Shown: positions 13,160 to 26,218, counted from the first letter of the whole stretch. The stretch is 52,534 bases of DNA, filler included, from Sphacelaria rigidula (GCA_964200075.2; 4 parts of 4 records of this genome joined end to end with filler, not necessarily neighbours in it); one strand, 5' to 3'. A program made the numbers and translations. The notes: generated by a model from the letters alone, not told the origin.

Positions 13160-13167
13160 CCGCACCA

Positions 13168-13200
<33 letters not shown>

Positions 13201-13894
13201 CCCCGCAGCTAACACACCCCCCCCCCCCCCCCCCCCCTATGACCTGAAGGCAGGAAACAGGTACCGTTGGCGGTGTACTGAACGACACAAGAGCTCAAAA
13301 CCTGTATGAGTTACAAATTATGTACGAATCGCATGATTTATTCGTTGAAAAGAGTTACATGAGGTGAATCACGATTTTATTTGTCCTGACCGTGCACGTT
13401 TTGGTAAATATGTGGGCGCATCAGCCGGGGCCACACAGGGGGAAGGCCAACGCTGTTTTTTTTTTTTTTTAGTACTCCACCTTACTTCTGCTGTGCTTGT
13501 CTTATTTTTTATCGTGAGAGGGGTTCAGCGATCCCTTTCCCTCGTCGACCGCGAAGTCGAATATTGTGTACCCACGACATGGTTGCTCTCCACTGTTGGT
13601 CAACACCCACGACCCAACCGTCAGAAAGCCTATTTGATCATTTTGATCGTGACCGGTTTTGTTGTTCTTCCTCTCCCCTTCCCTTTTTTTTTCGTTCTGT
13701 GTTCCTTCGTTCTTTTTTTTCCTTCTAGTTTTTCGTTGATTTCATCCCGCTGGTTCCATCTTACTTGATTTCCCCCCCTCCTCCCCACCATTCCTCGAAA
13801 TTTAGTTCGCGAATGTTTCCGTTTTGTTTACCTTCTCACGTACGTCTATCGCTTGTGGACTATGACCACGTCTTAATACCTCGTGGATCAGTCG

Positions 13895-14583
13895 ATAGAG
13901 AGTCTCGGAAAACGCTTTTTTGTCGCTTCAGAGTGCATATATCTCAGGAGCAGAGTGCGGAATAAAATAAAACACCGCATCCAAAAAAAGCTAAGGAGAT
14001 ACCACATTTGACGGAGGGAAAATAATTTTTCGTTACACTCTGATCCTGAGATATCTGCGCTCTGAGGCAGGATGTTATGGCACACAGATTTTTGGCCCAC
14101 GGATTGTTCACTTTTGGAACGTTTGAGCCACTTTTTGACCCCCAAATAGGAAAAATCGGCAACACACGTCTTGGACACTTTGCATCACCCCACAGAGAGG
14201 AGCCCAGCCCACTTTTGAGATTCGCTTGGCTCCGAAGTTTCGAGAGCGGCCGCTGAACAATAATCCGTTTGCAATAAAATCTACGGCGATCTTAACAGAT
14301 TCTTGGACGAACTGGCGGGGGTCGGTAAGCACAGATTTTTGCGCACAAATTATTGTTCAGCGGCCAATCTCAAAACCTCGGAGCCAAGCGAATCTGTAAA
14401 GCAGACTAGGTTCCTCTCTGTGGGGCGATGCAAAGTGTCCGAGACGTGTGTTGGCGATTTTTCCCGTTTGGGGGTCAAAAGGTGGGTCAAACGTCCCAAA
14501 AGTGAAGAATGCGTGGGCCAAAAATCTGTGTGCCATAATATCCGGCCTGAAGTGACAAGAAAAGCGTTTTCGGAGACTATCTA
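13895..14583. mobile_element. Foldback/long-TIR non-autonomous element with arms of about 230 bp; left arm interrupted by a second MITE
   Basis: 14066-14263 is the imperfect reverse complement of 14350-14547 (e.g. TTATGGCACACAGATTTTTGGCCCACG and CGTGGGCCAAAAATCTGTGTGCCATAA); 13898-13930 pairs with 14547-14582. Confidence 0.85.
13931..14062. mobile_element. Nested MITE, possibly PIF/Harbinger-type
   Basis: TIR GAGTGCATATATCTCAGGAGCAGAGTG and CACTCTGATCCTGAGATATCTGCGCTC; flanked by TCA/TGA; absent from the partner arm of the host element. Confidence 0.75.
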
Positions 14584-14968
14584 ATATGCCACACGCAATC
14601 TGCCAGATCAATCAAAGATCACTCAGAGCCCCCCCCCCCCGCCACTCAACCCTTAAGAAGCGACGAATCCCTTATTCATGCAGGTTCCTGTATCGGTTTT
14701 CCGAACATCTACCTGACCCAGTATAGTCATCTGGTGTCGGCACCGCAATTATGAGGACCGTTGCTTAGAGTGCCACGGGACTCGTACCCACTGAAGCCCC
14801 ATATGTTGTGCCCCCCGGCTTGACGCAGTACACGGGCGACCCCTACGCAATCGTCCTCGACCCTTCGCGGGCGCTGCACCCGACCCCTGTTGCAAACGTA
14901 CACCTGATGCAACCAAAATGTGCTCTTTCTGACCCCGAGCACAACGGTAAAAACCCGTCCCGTTGCAG

Positions 14969-17900
14969 GTGGTGTCCTTCCCGGAGGCGAAAAGCGTTGC
15001 TGGAGGAGGTTGAGACGGGGATGCTGACAATGCTCTCCAAGGACGTTGGCAAGGCGCTGGCCGGGTACTGTCCTCAACCCATCAGGGAGGGCTTGGTGGG
15101 TAATATGTTTTTGACTTGCTTCCTTGTATCCAAATGCGCTGCAAAAAAATAGACTAAAAAACGCCTCCGACAAGCAGCACGAGTTGTGTTTATAGATCGA
15201 TAATGCACCGGAATATGACTGGCAAAACGTGGGGTTGATTTTTTTTCTTCCCGGCGTTCCGTGAACCCTTTTTTTTGTTCGTTGAAGAGAGATATCTTGT
15301 TGTTCTTGTATTTGTATTCGGCATTTGGTTTGTCTTGTGTGCTGTGGCTGTCTATTCGTCCATCTGCTCGCCTGCCTGCTTTATCTCTCGGTCTCAGTCT
15401 TTGTCTCCTATTATCCTTGACACAACGAATCCTCGCGTTGACACGAACATTCCCGTAACTGTCGCGGTCCCGTGTGCTGCAGGTGGCAGAAAGGCTAGGA
15501 CTCCTCGCCGAGCTGCAACGAGTCGCAGTCCTATTCGTGGGGCTATGCTTCGAGCGGCTCGGCATCAAAACTCCCTCCGCCGCCGGAACAAGAGGGCGTA
15601 AAACGCTGGACACCCCCGACTGTAGTATTAATAGCATCTCGAGGAATAGGCTCAGGGGAGGGGATACGGCGCAATTACCGACGGTTGGAGCGGGGAGGGG
15701 TGACCGAGCGGAATCCGCGCTCGCGGTTTTGCAGGAGAGTTTTTCTTTGCTTCAGAGCATCGTGCACGCTCACGGGGGAGTTATCAAGGAACTATCTGTG
15801 GATGACAAGGGAACGGTGAGTTTTTTTTATTTCCTCTTCTTTATTTTTTCCTCTTTTTGTTTTCCCCCACCGGGCCTCCTTTTTTAATTGATGAGGGCGT
15901 GGTATTATTATTTTTCTTTATTCTTTATTTTTATTGGTCCCTATAACGAGCTACGACGTAGGAAAAAGACGTTTTCCAGAGTACTGTACCGTAACTATGC
16001 AGCCACGGATACCAAGTACGCTGAGGGTCCCGTCGCGCTGCTTTGCATTGAGCATGTAGGACAGACATCCCTAGGCATGCGCGATGCCCACGGTAATATG
16101 GGATTGTCACCCACCCGAGCCCCTTGAGTTGCGCTGCCCGGCTCAGCCTGGTACACGGGCCACCCCACTCATCTGGATGTCGGTCCTCGGTGGATGCCGC
16201 ATCCTGGCACCCGGCTTCACTCCGTACGGCAGATCAAATTCTGCAACATATTGACGTTTCGGCGTTGTGCACACGTCGCGTTGCTTTTTTTTTTCTTTTT
16301 TTTTCTTTTTTTTCTTTTTCCTTCTTTTCTTTACTAATCTTCTCTTTTTTGTTGGTTTATTTCTTTATTTCCTTTATTGATCTTCTACTGTTCTCCTTCT
16401 CACCCACGTTTTTTCCGCATTGTTCAGGTTTTGGTGGTGGGATTTGGACTGTCTCCACACGTGGGCCACCTGCCCGCCGCGCGAGCTACCCTTTGTGCCA
16501 TGGAATCAACGGACAGATTGCGCTCTCTCGGGCTAGCTAGGTGCCACGCCGGAGTGGCCACGGGTCCGGTATTTTGCGGATCTTTGGGGTCCGATGATAG
16601 GTGCGGAGTGATTTTCGTCCAATAATTCACACTTTCTAGGCTGTATGTGCTATATGCGCTGTATGTGCTGTATTTCCACAGAGAATCAACTCTTGGACGG
16701 CGAGAGTAGGTCATGCGTTGCATCGGCATCAATTTCACTTGAAATAACTATACATGATCCAGGTGGACTATTCTCGCCATATAAGGGTTGATAAAGGTAT
16801 CTCAGACTCGAGCTTCCCTGTGTTTTCAACAGTAGATTTTATGCCAAATATGCCGGGAACCTCAAGATTGAGAATCCTCTCATGATGTGTGTATTCCGTT
16901 GTTGTTGGTGATGCTGTCGCTGCTGCTGTTGCCGTTGCTGCTGTTGTGCTCTGCTACGCTCTCTTCTTACGTCCGTCTTGATGTCTTTCTTGATTGGTTT
17001 GCACTCTGCAGGAGAGAGTATGCGATGGTATCGGAGACCGTGAACCTCGCACAAAGGCTCATGAGCGCTAGGAAGGACCGACGCCTGGTATCCAAGGCAC
17101 AGGTAACCTTCCTTCGCCTCTGTGTTCATACGGCTGACGATATGAAAGAAAAAAAAACACAAGTAGATATTTGCCGGTTTTTATTTTCTTACATTTCTCC
17201 CACAGGTATCGCACGAATATTTTGCGTGCAGGCCGTATCATATTTATGGAATCACGGCTGGAAAAGCTTATTTACTCTTTTTTTGTTCCGATTTATATTA
17301 TTTTTGACAGAGTGTTCTCAACCTCGTGCCCGTGTTGAACTTTTTTTACTCAGTATAGAAGAAGTGTGTTAAGTGTGTGTTGTCATCCCATCTATTTTAA
17401 CGAGTAAACGATCATGGATGACAGCAAAGCCCCCTCAGTACCAGCAGTCGGGTGGAGGAGGAAGTAGATACACATGATTGCCCCTGTGGCGAAGCAGTAT
17501 AGAGTAGAAGTCATATTTTGGGAGAATATGGACTATACAAGAAGGAATGGGACGTGCTAGAGGGGGGAATATGGGGAGTAAACGAAGGTGACATGAAATC
17601 GTGTGGTGAATCAGATGTGTGTGTGTGTGTGTGTGCGTGTACGGGGTGGAGAACCTCAACTCCGCCCAAAGAGGATAGCCGTACTAGAATCCTCAGTTTC
17701 AAAGTGAGACAGCTATGAGGCAGTGTGGGACCCGTGGCTGCATCTGGGATTGGCGATGCCGGAAAATGGAACCTGTGGCTATCTCTGGGAGTGGCGATAC
17801 CGGAAAAAATGAAGCAACTCATTGTACCCTGCGATCGAAATGCAAAGGTGATCAGTACGGTTCGGGCTAAAGAATTTTCAGCAGGATGCAGCTCAACCCT

Positions 17901-20900
17901 CATGCGACTTGCCGAACACGTACACGGCGCTTCGCGCTTGGTGATTGAGTGCGAGCCTCGTCCGGCGAAAACCCGGTGTGCTCCGTCTCAGCTTTGTCGG
18001 GATGCGAGGTCAATGGTCTTCCGAAACCAGCGTGCAAGATCATGAGCACACCCATGGTCCCCCTCACTGTCCCCTGTCACCCCTGGACCCCCATCGCTGA
18101 GCTGCCGGATGAGAGAAGCCGGGAAGTGAGAAATGACACGGCGTACCTGCATTGTAGTAGTGGGTGCTGCTCGAACTGCGGAACATGCCAGGAAACGACA
18201 TAGTATTCAACGTGCAACTTACCACGGTTCGGACCAATCATCGCCGGTTCGAATCACCAAATCCACGATTTTCGACACCTGATTGCTCGAAAGAGAACCA
18301 AAAAAAAAGTTCATCGCTGGTCAAAGGAGATCTCCACGCAATTTTTGCGCCATTCCACGTGCCTGGGCTGCGTGTACCTGGTATTGCAACGCTGAAAACT
18401 AAGCGTAAGTATTGATTCGTACGGTACGAATTAACTACAGCAAGATCAAGTCATTTACAGACGAATCATGAGTTGAAGTCCGACCCTTGCAACTTACCAT
18501 GTCGTCACCCCTCTCCCGAACCATGATTAATTTTCGGTACTTGTTGGCTGTGAAGCACCCCTGGAATGGAGCGAGTGGAGGATCGGAGGACATGTGGGAA
18601 AAACCCTTCAATCCTTGGGTTGTCCTCGAGTCGGAGACGTTGAGGGAGGCGCGGAAAACGAACCAACTGGAGTTTTTAGAACTGGAAGCAATCAAGGTAT
18701 GGGGGGTTGGTTGCCTTGAAGTATTTGTGGGGTTGCGTTGAGGGTCCCGGTATGGAGCGGTCGGTCGGTTGCCATCGAGATTTGATCTAACGCTCGTTGT
18801 TTTTGTTTTTTTTCCTTTCTCCTACATTTATGATTTCTACGATCCCGGTATAGTGCAGTCGGTCGGTTGCCATCCAACATCTATTCAAAATCTGTGTCTG
18901 GTTTGAATTTGGTTTCATGTGATTTAGTCAGCAATGTTCATGGATGAACAGCTTGTGCCCATGTATTGCGCGCAACAATATCTGCCGATGGCTGACTCCT
19001 TGTCACCCATTTATTCCACCCGTGATATAATGCCGTGGGCATGAAACAAAACACTGTTCTGCCGGCCCAGGAAACAGATATTTCGATTCTCACTTAGTGA
19101 CTGGGGCACATCACAAAAACGTCTGAGATCCAAAAATCTATCTGCACTTAGTGTCCGAAAAGTAGTTTAGTGTCGGTGTCGATAGTGTGCACATGTGCCT
19201 ATCATTCCCTACAGGTCCATGGCCATATGTGCATATCGTTTACACCCAGGACAAGGCTTACATTCAGGGGTCTACACGTTACGCGTGCCACAACGTTACA
19301 CGTGACGTTCACGTTACGTCTTGGCCTTAACGTAACGTTAACGTTACATTTTAAAATAAAACGTTAACGTAACGTTATTATTATTATTTTTAACGTGCCA
19401 AACGAAACGTAACGTGACCTTTGAACTCTACAAACGTGACGAATGTAACGTGAACGTGAAAGTGTAACGTATAGACTCCTGCTTACTTTGAACGATAGCC
19501 CCATGGATCCATGTCGTTATGTGCATATCTTCCTCCACGGGTCAATGAGATTATGTATATGTCGTTCTCTACAGGTCAGCGAGGTTTCATACCTGTGGAC
19601 GTGCTTTGCATCAGGCGGTATAGCTGGGTACACGCTGCACCCGCTCTCTCAACCTCATAACACCCGGTTTCATGAGAGGCATCTATGAACATACACCATC
19701 CGGCGGTGCGAGTGCAGCACCGCCTACTGCGCTCGCGTCAATATTCGATTTTGGGACAACGAGCAGCAGAGGTGGTGCAAAATGTACGACAGCCAAACAC
19801 AAGTTTTCAGATAGCGTGCCGACATCAGTTGGAATGGCTGTCGATAACTCCTACACCCCAGATGATGATTTTTGTGTTGCACGCCCCGAAAGCCGGGGTC
19901 CCAGCGATAATCATTTTTGGGACTTGAGGTTGAGCATGGTACCACAAGAGCTATGGGAGTTTGTGCGTGTCTTTTTGGTTGTCAAGTTGACGTGTCAGAA
20001 CTGTTTTGATTTGATTTTTGGGCTGTCAAATAAACTTCTCAAAACCGTTCGATTTGATTGATTGATTATTGCACATTAATTGATCCTCCAGTTGAGGATT
20101 CGACCTTGGTTACAGGATGGGTGTGTGGGTAAATTGTTCCGAAATGCGCCACTATGTACTGCAATAAAGAACACGCATTCGAAATACACACACACATATA
20201 TATATATATACAGATCCATGCAAACAAACATTTTGTTGATAAGACCGAAAAAACAGAAAATTTGGGCTACAATGTTTGTTGCCCGACGGTTACGAACTGT
20301 TTTTTTGCCGCACGTACGTAACCGGTACAAATGATGAAAAATATGCTAATTTCTTATGTCCGTACCCGTAGGCGCTTGTTTTTTCGTCGTGCCTTCAATT
20401 CCCCTCTTCAAAACGAACCCGTAGACGAGTTCATGGTGATACTTGACCTACACGCTGTACTCTTTCCTTCTTCTCGTTTACTGCACCCTTTCCTTTTCTC
20501 CCCCTTTCCTTCCTTTGTACTTTCCTGTAAGTAAAAAATGATACCAACGAGCACCGCCCAGGTGATACTGCACAATGTACTCATCCCTTTTTCTCCTTTA
20601 CTTCACTATTTTCCTTTTTCCAATCTTCCTTCGTTCCTTTCTTTGAATGAAAATTGATACCAACGAGCAAATGAGATAATACTGTACCCTTTCCCTTTCC
20701 CGCCCTCTTTCCTACGTTCCTTCCCTTGGATAAAAAATGATACCAACGAGCACAGGTGAAGGGCAAATCGTGCAAGCTTCCCGTGTTCGCACCGGGGCTC
20801 GCTAGTGACCGTCCCGTGTCTCCGCCCTCGTCCACCGGAGGAGGACAAGAGGCAAGAGCGCCGGCCGGAAACAGCGGCGGCGGCGTACTCTCAGGAGCCC

Positions 20901-23900
20901 CGTCATCTTTGGAATTAGACATTGACGTCTCCGACTCGATACCGGGACTACACGTGTCTGGACAGATGCTGTACATGAACCTTTCCGGTGGGGGGGACGA
21001 CGATGATTTGGAGTATGACGGTGGTAGAGGTAGCAGGGGTGGGGTGAGCATGGCGGCGATGGACGGAGGCGGAAGAGCGAAGCCTGCGATGAAGCTTAGC
21101 ACCAGCTTGCCCAGCTCTTTGGACTCAACGCTGATGGCCGCCGCCACCGCCGACGGCGCGGATATACCCCCGTTTTTGCGGAATAGTGATAGTGTCGATG
21201 GCGGTGCTACAGCGGCAGGCGTAAGTGACAGCCATACGAAGGAGATCGATCACAGGCGATATCTCCTCAAGATGCCCTCAAAATCATGCTGGGAAAGCGG
21301 TGGCGGGGGGGGAGAGGCTGGGGTTTCCGGCGGACCAGGGCGGCGGTTGTCGTGTCAAGTCGGCAGCGATGGGGGGTGGGGGGGCGCCGGTGAGAGGAGA
21401 GGGCGAGGGCGACCTATTTCGCGTTCGAGGAGGAAGTCGTTGGATGGAGGTGATTATCGTATGCCCTGGGTTTTGTTCTGGGTGTTTGAGGAGATTGATA
21501 GAGACTACCGGATTTCGATTGGAGGTGTTCAACGAGCTCCATGTGGCTATATGTTGGTCTTTGGGGTAGGTCGTGACTGTCGGTCGAGGGGTTATGTCGC
21601 GGTAGCTCGTGGTCAATACTGCGCATTTGAAGATGTCGAGGATTGTTACTGTGGTTAGAGGGTTCATCCATTCCCCAAATGCTGCGTACCGAGGGGTTGC
21701 CGGAAATTCGAGCGTCTACCGGCGGAGAAATGGGTTGATTGGTCTCTTCTTGAATTTTCGGGCTCCTCCTCAAGATGGGCAGGAGTGGAAAGTTCATGAC
21801 GGGACATGAAAAAATGTAGTTTCGCAGTTTTCGAGGGTATCGAAGATGGAGTTTATTGTGTACACTAACGGAGCATCTTGACCATTCGCCCATACATACG
21901 TACATGCATACACTTACCTGTATATATACGTGTGTATATATATATATATATACGCCTCTGCCGTAATGGATGCAGGCAAGTCAACCGTGCTGCGTCCAAG
22001 TTTTTTTCGTAACGCACGCGCTCCGCTGTATACAGCTCAGCCACGATGCACCCGAGTACTATTTAGAGTTTTGTGCTGTGGCCCAACGATATATTCGGCA
22101 GTCGTCCCTAGTCTTCCCCACTCTCCCCTTCACACTTACATATACGCACGCGTCCCTGTTTGTTGTTGTCTCTTTTCCTGGCAGGATTACATGAACCCTT
22201 CCTTATGCGGTCGTACTCTGAGCCCGCCGACGTGGAGAGAGCGGACCCGCACCCCGAAACAGCGGCGCGGAGACTGGCATCGTGGCGGAAGATGGCAATG
22301 GGTGGGGGAGGGAGCGGTTACGGCATGCATCAAGTGGGCAGAGGAGGCGTCGGCGAAGGCGGCGGAGGCGGTAGTGGGGGTGGGGATGCCCTGAGCAGGG
22401 AAGCGTTTGAGGCGTTGCTTCCGTGTATTTTTCATGCCGATGCTGTTCACGACGAGGTATGATGTTGGCTTTTTGCTGCTGCTGCTGCTCCTGCTACTGT
22501 TGTTGTTGTTTTGAGGATTTTTTTTTTGTTTTTTGCCGTGTTCGTGTTAATTTGACCTCCCCCGTCTCAGTGGCGAGACGGTATGTTGCCGGCCGGCCAA
22601 GCGGTACTTAACTTTGTCACGTGCGCCCTGGTGTGTCGATCATCCGATACAGGTCAAGAGTTACTTTAGAAAGGAAAAACAAAACAAAAAAAAGGATGAA
22701 GATGAAACCATAACTGCCACCAAAAAACGTTCAAAAGCACGACTCCGAACCGCCGACCCACCGACTACTCGGGTGACCCTCCGTGTATCTGACTGACTGA
22801 TTCTCAACTGACTCTCCGTATTGTCTTATTCGGTATAGTCGAGCCTTCCGGCTACAAAGATTTTCAGGAGGGCGGGGGCACGATGAGGGCACGTGCAGGC
22901 GCTTGTGCACAAATTAGGCCGAGTCATTCCGTGTTGTCATTTTCCAAGCTCCCATGTCTGATCTCCCCATGTGTCTACCTCACCGCAACCCCTCACCGGT
23001 TCCCCGTGTCACACAGGTGTCGCACATCTTGTGGGCTAGGACAGGGGGCCGTGTGTCGTACCTCGCAGACCTTTGCCGTAGTCTAGTCGGCGTAGAGAAA
23101 AGGGCGGCGGGGGGCAGCAGTGGCGGCGGAAGTTTCGGAGACGTCGGGGAGGACGGGACCTGGAGACTACGGCTCAACGAGTTCGCGCACGTTTTGAAGC
23201 TGGCCTCTAGGGTGCCTGTGGGTGTGGAGGGGGCGTTGCAGCAGCGGTTGGATGAGCTGCCCTACACCGCGAGACAGGTGAGTGGGTGCAGCTGAATTGA
23301 TCGGCTCTGCCTCCCTGGACTGGAGTCTGTGGGTGTGCTGGTGTGTGCTCGAAACTGGTCAGGCTTGATGTTTGTAGAAGAATGAGCCCCGTAGCGGCGC
23401 TATTGTGTGTTGTGTGGAAATTTTAGGGCGCTCTTTTTTTCTCTCTCGTTGTCCCCTCCTTGTGGAATTTCCGTGTATATTTTTTGTTCCATGTGTTTGG
23501 GATTACCTGCAGTAGAGGTGGCAGTAGTAGTTGCAGTATTATAGTGTGAAACTTCCAGGACATGTATTCGGTGTTGATCAGCTCTTCAATTTTTTTCACT
23601 TACCGAAGCGATCTAATCGTATCCCCGCTCTCATCCCTTCCGCTGTGTGCGCGATTTGGTTTGCTGGCTTTCAAAATTGCAGGTGGTGCTCCGGGCGATG
23701 TGCGTGTGCTTAGTCGGAGGCGTGGGCGAGACGGACCTCCTCCTGCACCTGTTGACCAACGTGGCCCCTTTTAAAGAGGTGGGGTGGAGCCTCGTTTGCG
23801 TAGCACTAGGTTTCAATGCGGGCGGAGGGGGAGGGGGGAGGGAGCATGACTGATACTTGCAAGATGTTCTCCAAACAGGGGCGTGGACAAATTTGAGCGA

Positions 23901-25736
23901 CCAATGCAGTATGATGATTTCCTATGGTGTTGCGCGTATGCTAGCTGAAGATTTCCCTCATGCAAAGATATTTGACGCGTCTTTTTTCGTTCGAATCCCC
24001 TATCCTTATGTCTCTGTTTGACCCACGTTTGTTAAGTGAGGTCAACCGCACGGGTTTGTAAGGCCGATTCTTGTCCTTGCCTCTGTGTGTGTGTTTTTTT
24101 TTTTTTTCCAGGGATGATATCAAAACTCGATTCATGGTGAAATAATAAATGACAGGATATGCTGGGAAACCACATATGCATGAGCGTAATGAACTATATT
24201 TTGATCTTGTAATGGAAACCACATATGTATGAGTGTAATGAACACCAGAATACACATGTAAGCCGGGAATCAGTCTCAGGAACGGGATCCGCCGGTGACA
24301 TACATGAGCGGACTCGAAACGTTCAAACCTGTGAAACTTGATCTTTGGTAACCTAGGCAACGGGGTCTCCGGTAGAAAGAGCTCGGAGAAGTAGAGCCAC
24401 CGCATGAACCCTGGTTGAACGTTGCCGGTACTGCCGTACCGGTCCGTTCAGTTGTTCTTCTTGCCCATCATCGGCCCACAGCCAAATCCTTGCCTACACG
24501 ACGAAGAGAAAATCACGCCCTCGCTTTGGAGATCCTTCGGTAGCAAGTCACAACAACGTCTCCCGCGGAACCCTTAATTCTACTGCCTCACCCCTAGCGA
24601 AGCCTGGTCCACACTGTATATATTTCCCATCAATCTGCCGTCGCAAAGCGCGGCATGTCACAAGTCCTCCGCATGTCCCAAAAAAAGTATCCCCCTTCGT
24701 TTCCACGTCTCCCGCGCCCCCCTCCTCATCGCATACATGTTGCGGTTGGTCATTGTCCAATGGGATCGATCGCCACCCAGAACTAAGAAACATGGTTGAT
24801 TCTCTGGGACGGGCCCTATACCATCATCTGCAGTTTTATACTCGAAAAAAGTTGCCGGAACCTTCATGCCCCTCTCTGCTCCCCCCCACCCCGTGGTCCT
24901 TTCCCCTGCTCGCCCGTTCCTGCGGAGAAGTACTGGGCTGCGGTGGTAGCCCAGCATCTAAGCCCGGTGCCGACGAGGCGCCGACGGCGGAGAGATAGCA
25001 ACAGTGTCCCGCCGCGCCGTGCCAAAGGTGGCCCTCGCAGCTCTCGTGCTAGCACGGCGTCACCTGCATGTTCTAGTGGGAAAGGGTCCTCCCCGCAGGG
25101 CGGGGGGGGTGATGCGGGTGCCGAGGGGGATGTGGGGGATGACGTGGAGGAGGATAGGAGTAGGGCGCAGTCGGAAGTGGTTAGGCCGTCGGAACCGGAA
25201 GGGGGTCGAGAGAGTATTCCGGAGGAAGGTGGGTGGATTGTAGGGAGCAGTGGATGATGACATTCGGGTTGTCTACAGATGCTGGTGTGATCTGTGTGCT
25301 TTTTGTTGTTGATCGCTGTAGTTCCTGTACAGGTAGGTGATATCTTGGATGTATACAGTATTCGTGTTTTTTTTGTCGAAGTCGTCGACCTTCTCGGGAT
25401 GATTCCGTGGTCTGAAGTCTGAAGGGATCGGCCCATCTCCTTACCCCCGGTACACACACCTTCTATGTTCATATTGCGGATTGGATGATGACTACTCCCG
25501 CGCCGCATCGTCGACTCTCGTTAAATAGAGTTTCTCGTGCTTCTCACCTCCTGTATTCAAGGACGGAAAAATTCAGATAATTTCTCGTCAGAAATGGATC
25601 CGCATGCGTCTGCCGGAGGTTGAACCCCAATCAATCTTCCACCCGATCCAATGACAGCGTTCAATTGTACCAGTTTAATTTAGATCACCGGGGCGCAAAA
25701 GTATGCTTTTGAAAATATGTTGTCTTATACTTTTTC

Positions 25737-25767
<31 letters not shown>

Positions 25768-26095
25768 CACTGCCGTCCTTCTCTGTTTCTAGTACTGCGG
25801 CTAGCTCTATATACACGAAGACAAGCACGAGCACACAAGTGTCGGTTGTTGTTACGGGAGAAAATAACGACCACCTCCGCTGCTTGTTGTACCTTTGTTT
25901 TCGATCGATCTGCTTCTTTTTTTTTTTCCCCTCTTTTTACCGGTAGTAGCTTCGCGGACTCCCCAACCCGCGGGGCCTGGCTCTGCACGGAGCGCCCTGA
26001 GAGCCGTCCTATCCATGCTCGAGGCCGGTGGCTTCCTTCGCGTTTGCGGCGACGGCAATAAAATCATCTGTGACGACCTCATGCTCATTGATCAG
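14969..26095 (+). CDS. Soluble adenylyl cyclase (ADCY10-like class III cyclase plus STAND-type helical region), internal fragment; exons 14969-15095, 15483-15815, 16428-16600, 17012-17102, 18556-18696, 20756-21449, 22185-22456, 23017-23277, 23683-23778, 24931-25228, 25950-26095
   Basis: Second cyclase domain motifs: LAELQRVAVLFVGL, HGGVIKELSVDDKGT/VLVVGFGL, AGVATGPVFCGSLGSDDR/REYAMVSETVNLAQRLM, LEFLELEAIK/VKGK. Later STAND-like motifs: WARTGGRVSYLADLCRSL, VPVGVEGALQQRLDELP, VVLRAMCV. All ten introns are GT-AG with compatible phases; boundaries of exons 6 and 10 are least certain. Confidence 0.85.
17616..17640. repeat. (GT)n microsatellite
   Basis: Direct inspection. Confidence 0.9.
19265..19481. 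mobile_element. hAT-type MITE (217 bp) in a cyclase intron
   Basis: TIR CAGGGGTCTACACGTTAC and GTAACGTATAGACTCCTG; 8-bp TSD CTTACATT/CTTACTTT; interior packed with ACGTTAC/GTAACGT motifs. Confidence 0.85.
25737..25766. repeat. (TTG)n microsatellite
   Basis: Direct inspection. Confidence 0.9.
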
Positions 26096-26112
26096 GTATG
26101 TCCCCAAAAAGG

Positions 26113-26145
<33 letters not shown>

Positions 26146-26218
26146 GGGTTTCGCGGGTGTGGCGGGGCTGCATGTGGCGAGCCTTCCTTTCGAGATCGTG
26201 CACAGTTGGTACTCCTTT

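Noticed and set aside
21960..21992. AVMDAGKST, matching the P-loop pattern, as the missing cyclase Walker A
   Set aside because: It follows a (TA)n tract inside an intron, lacks the preceding hydrophobic strand and the GxxGxGK glycines, and no Walker B follows. Probably chance, though RNA-seq should exclude a cryptic exon.
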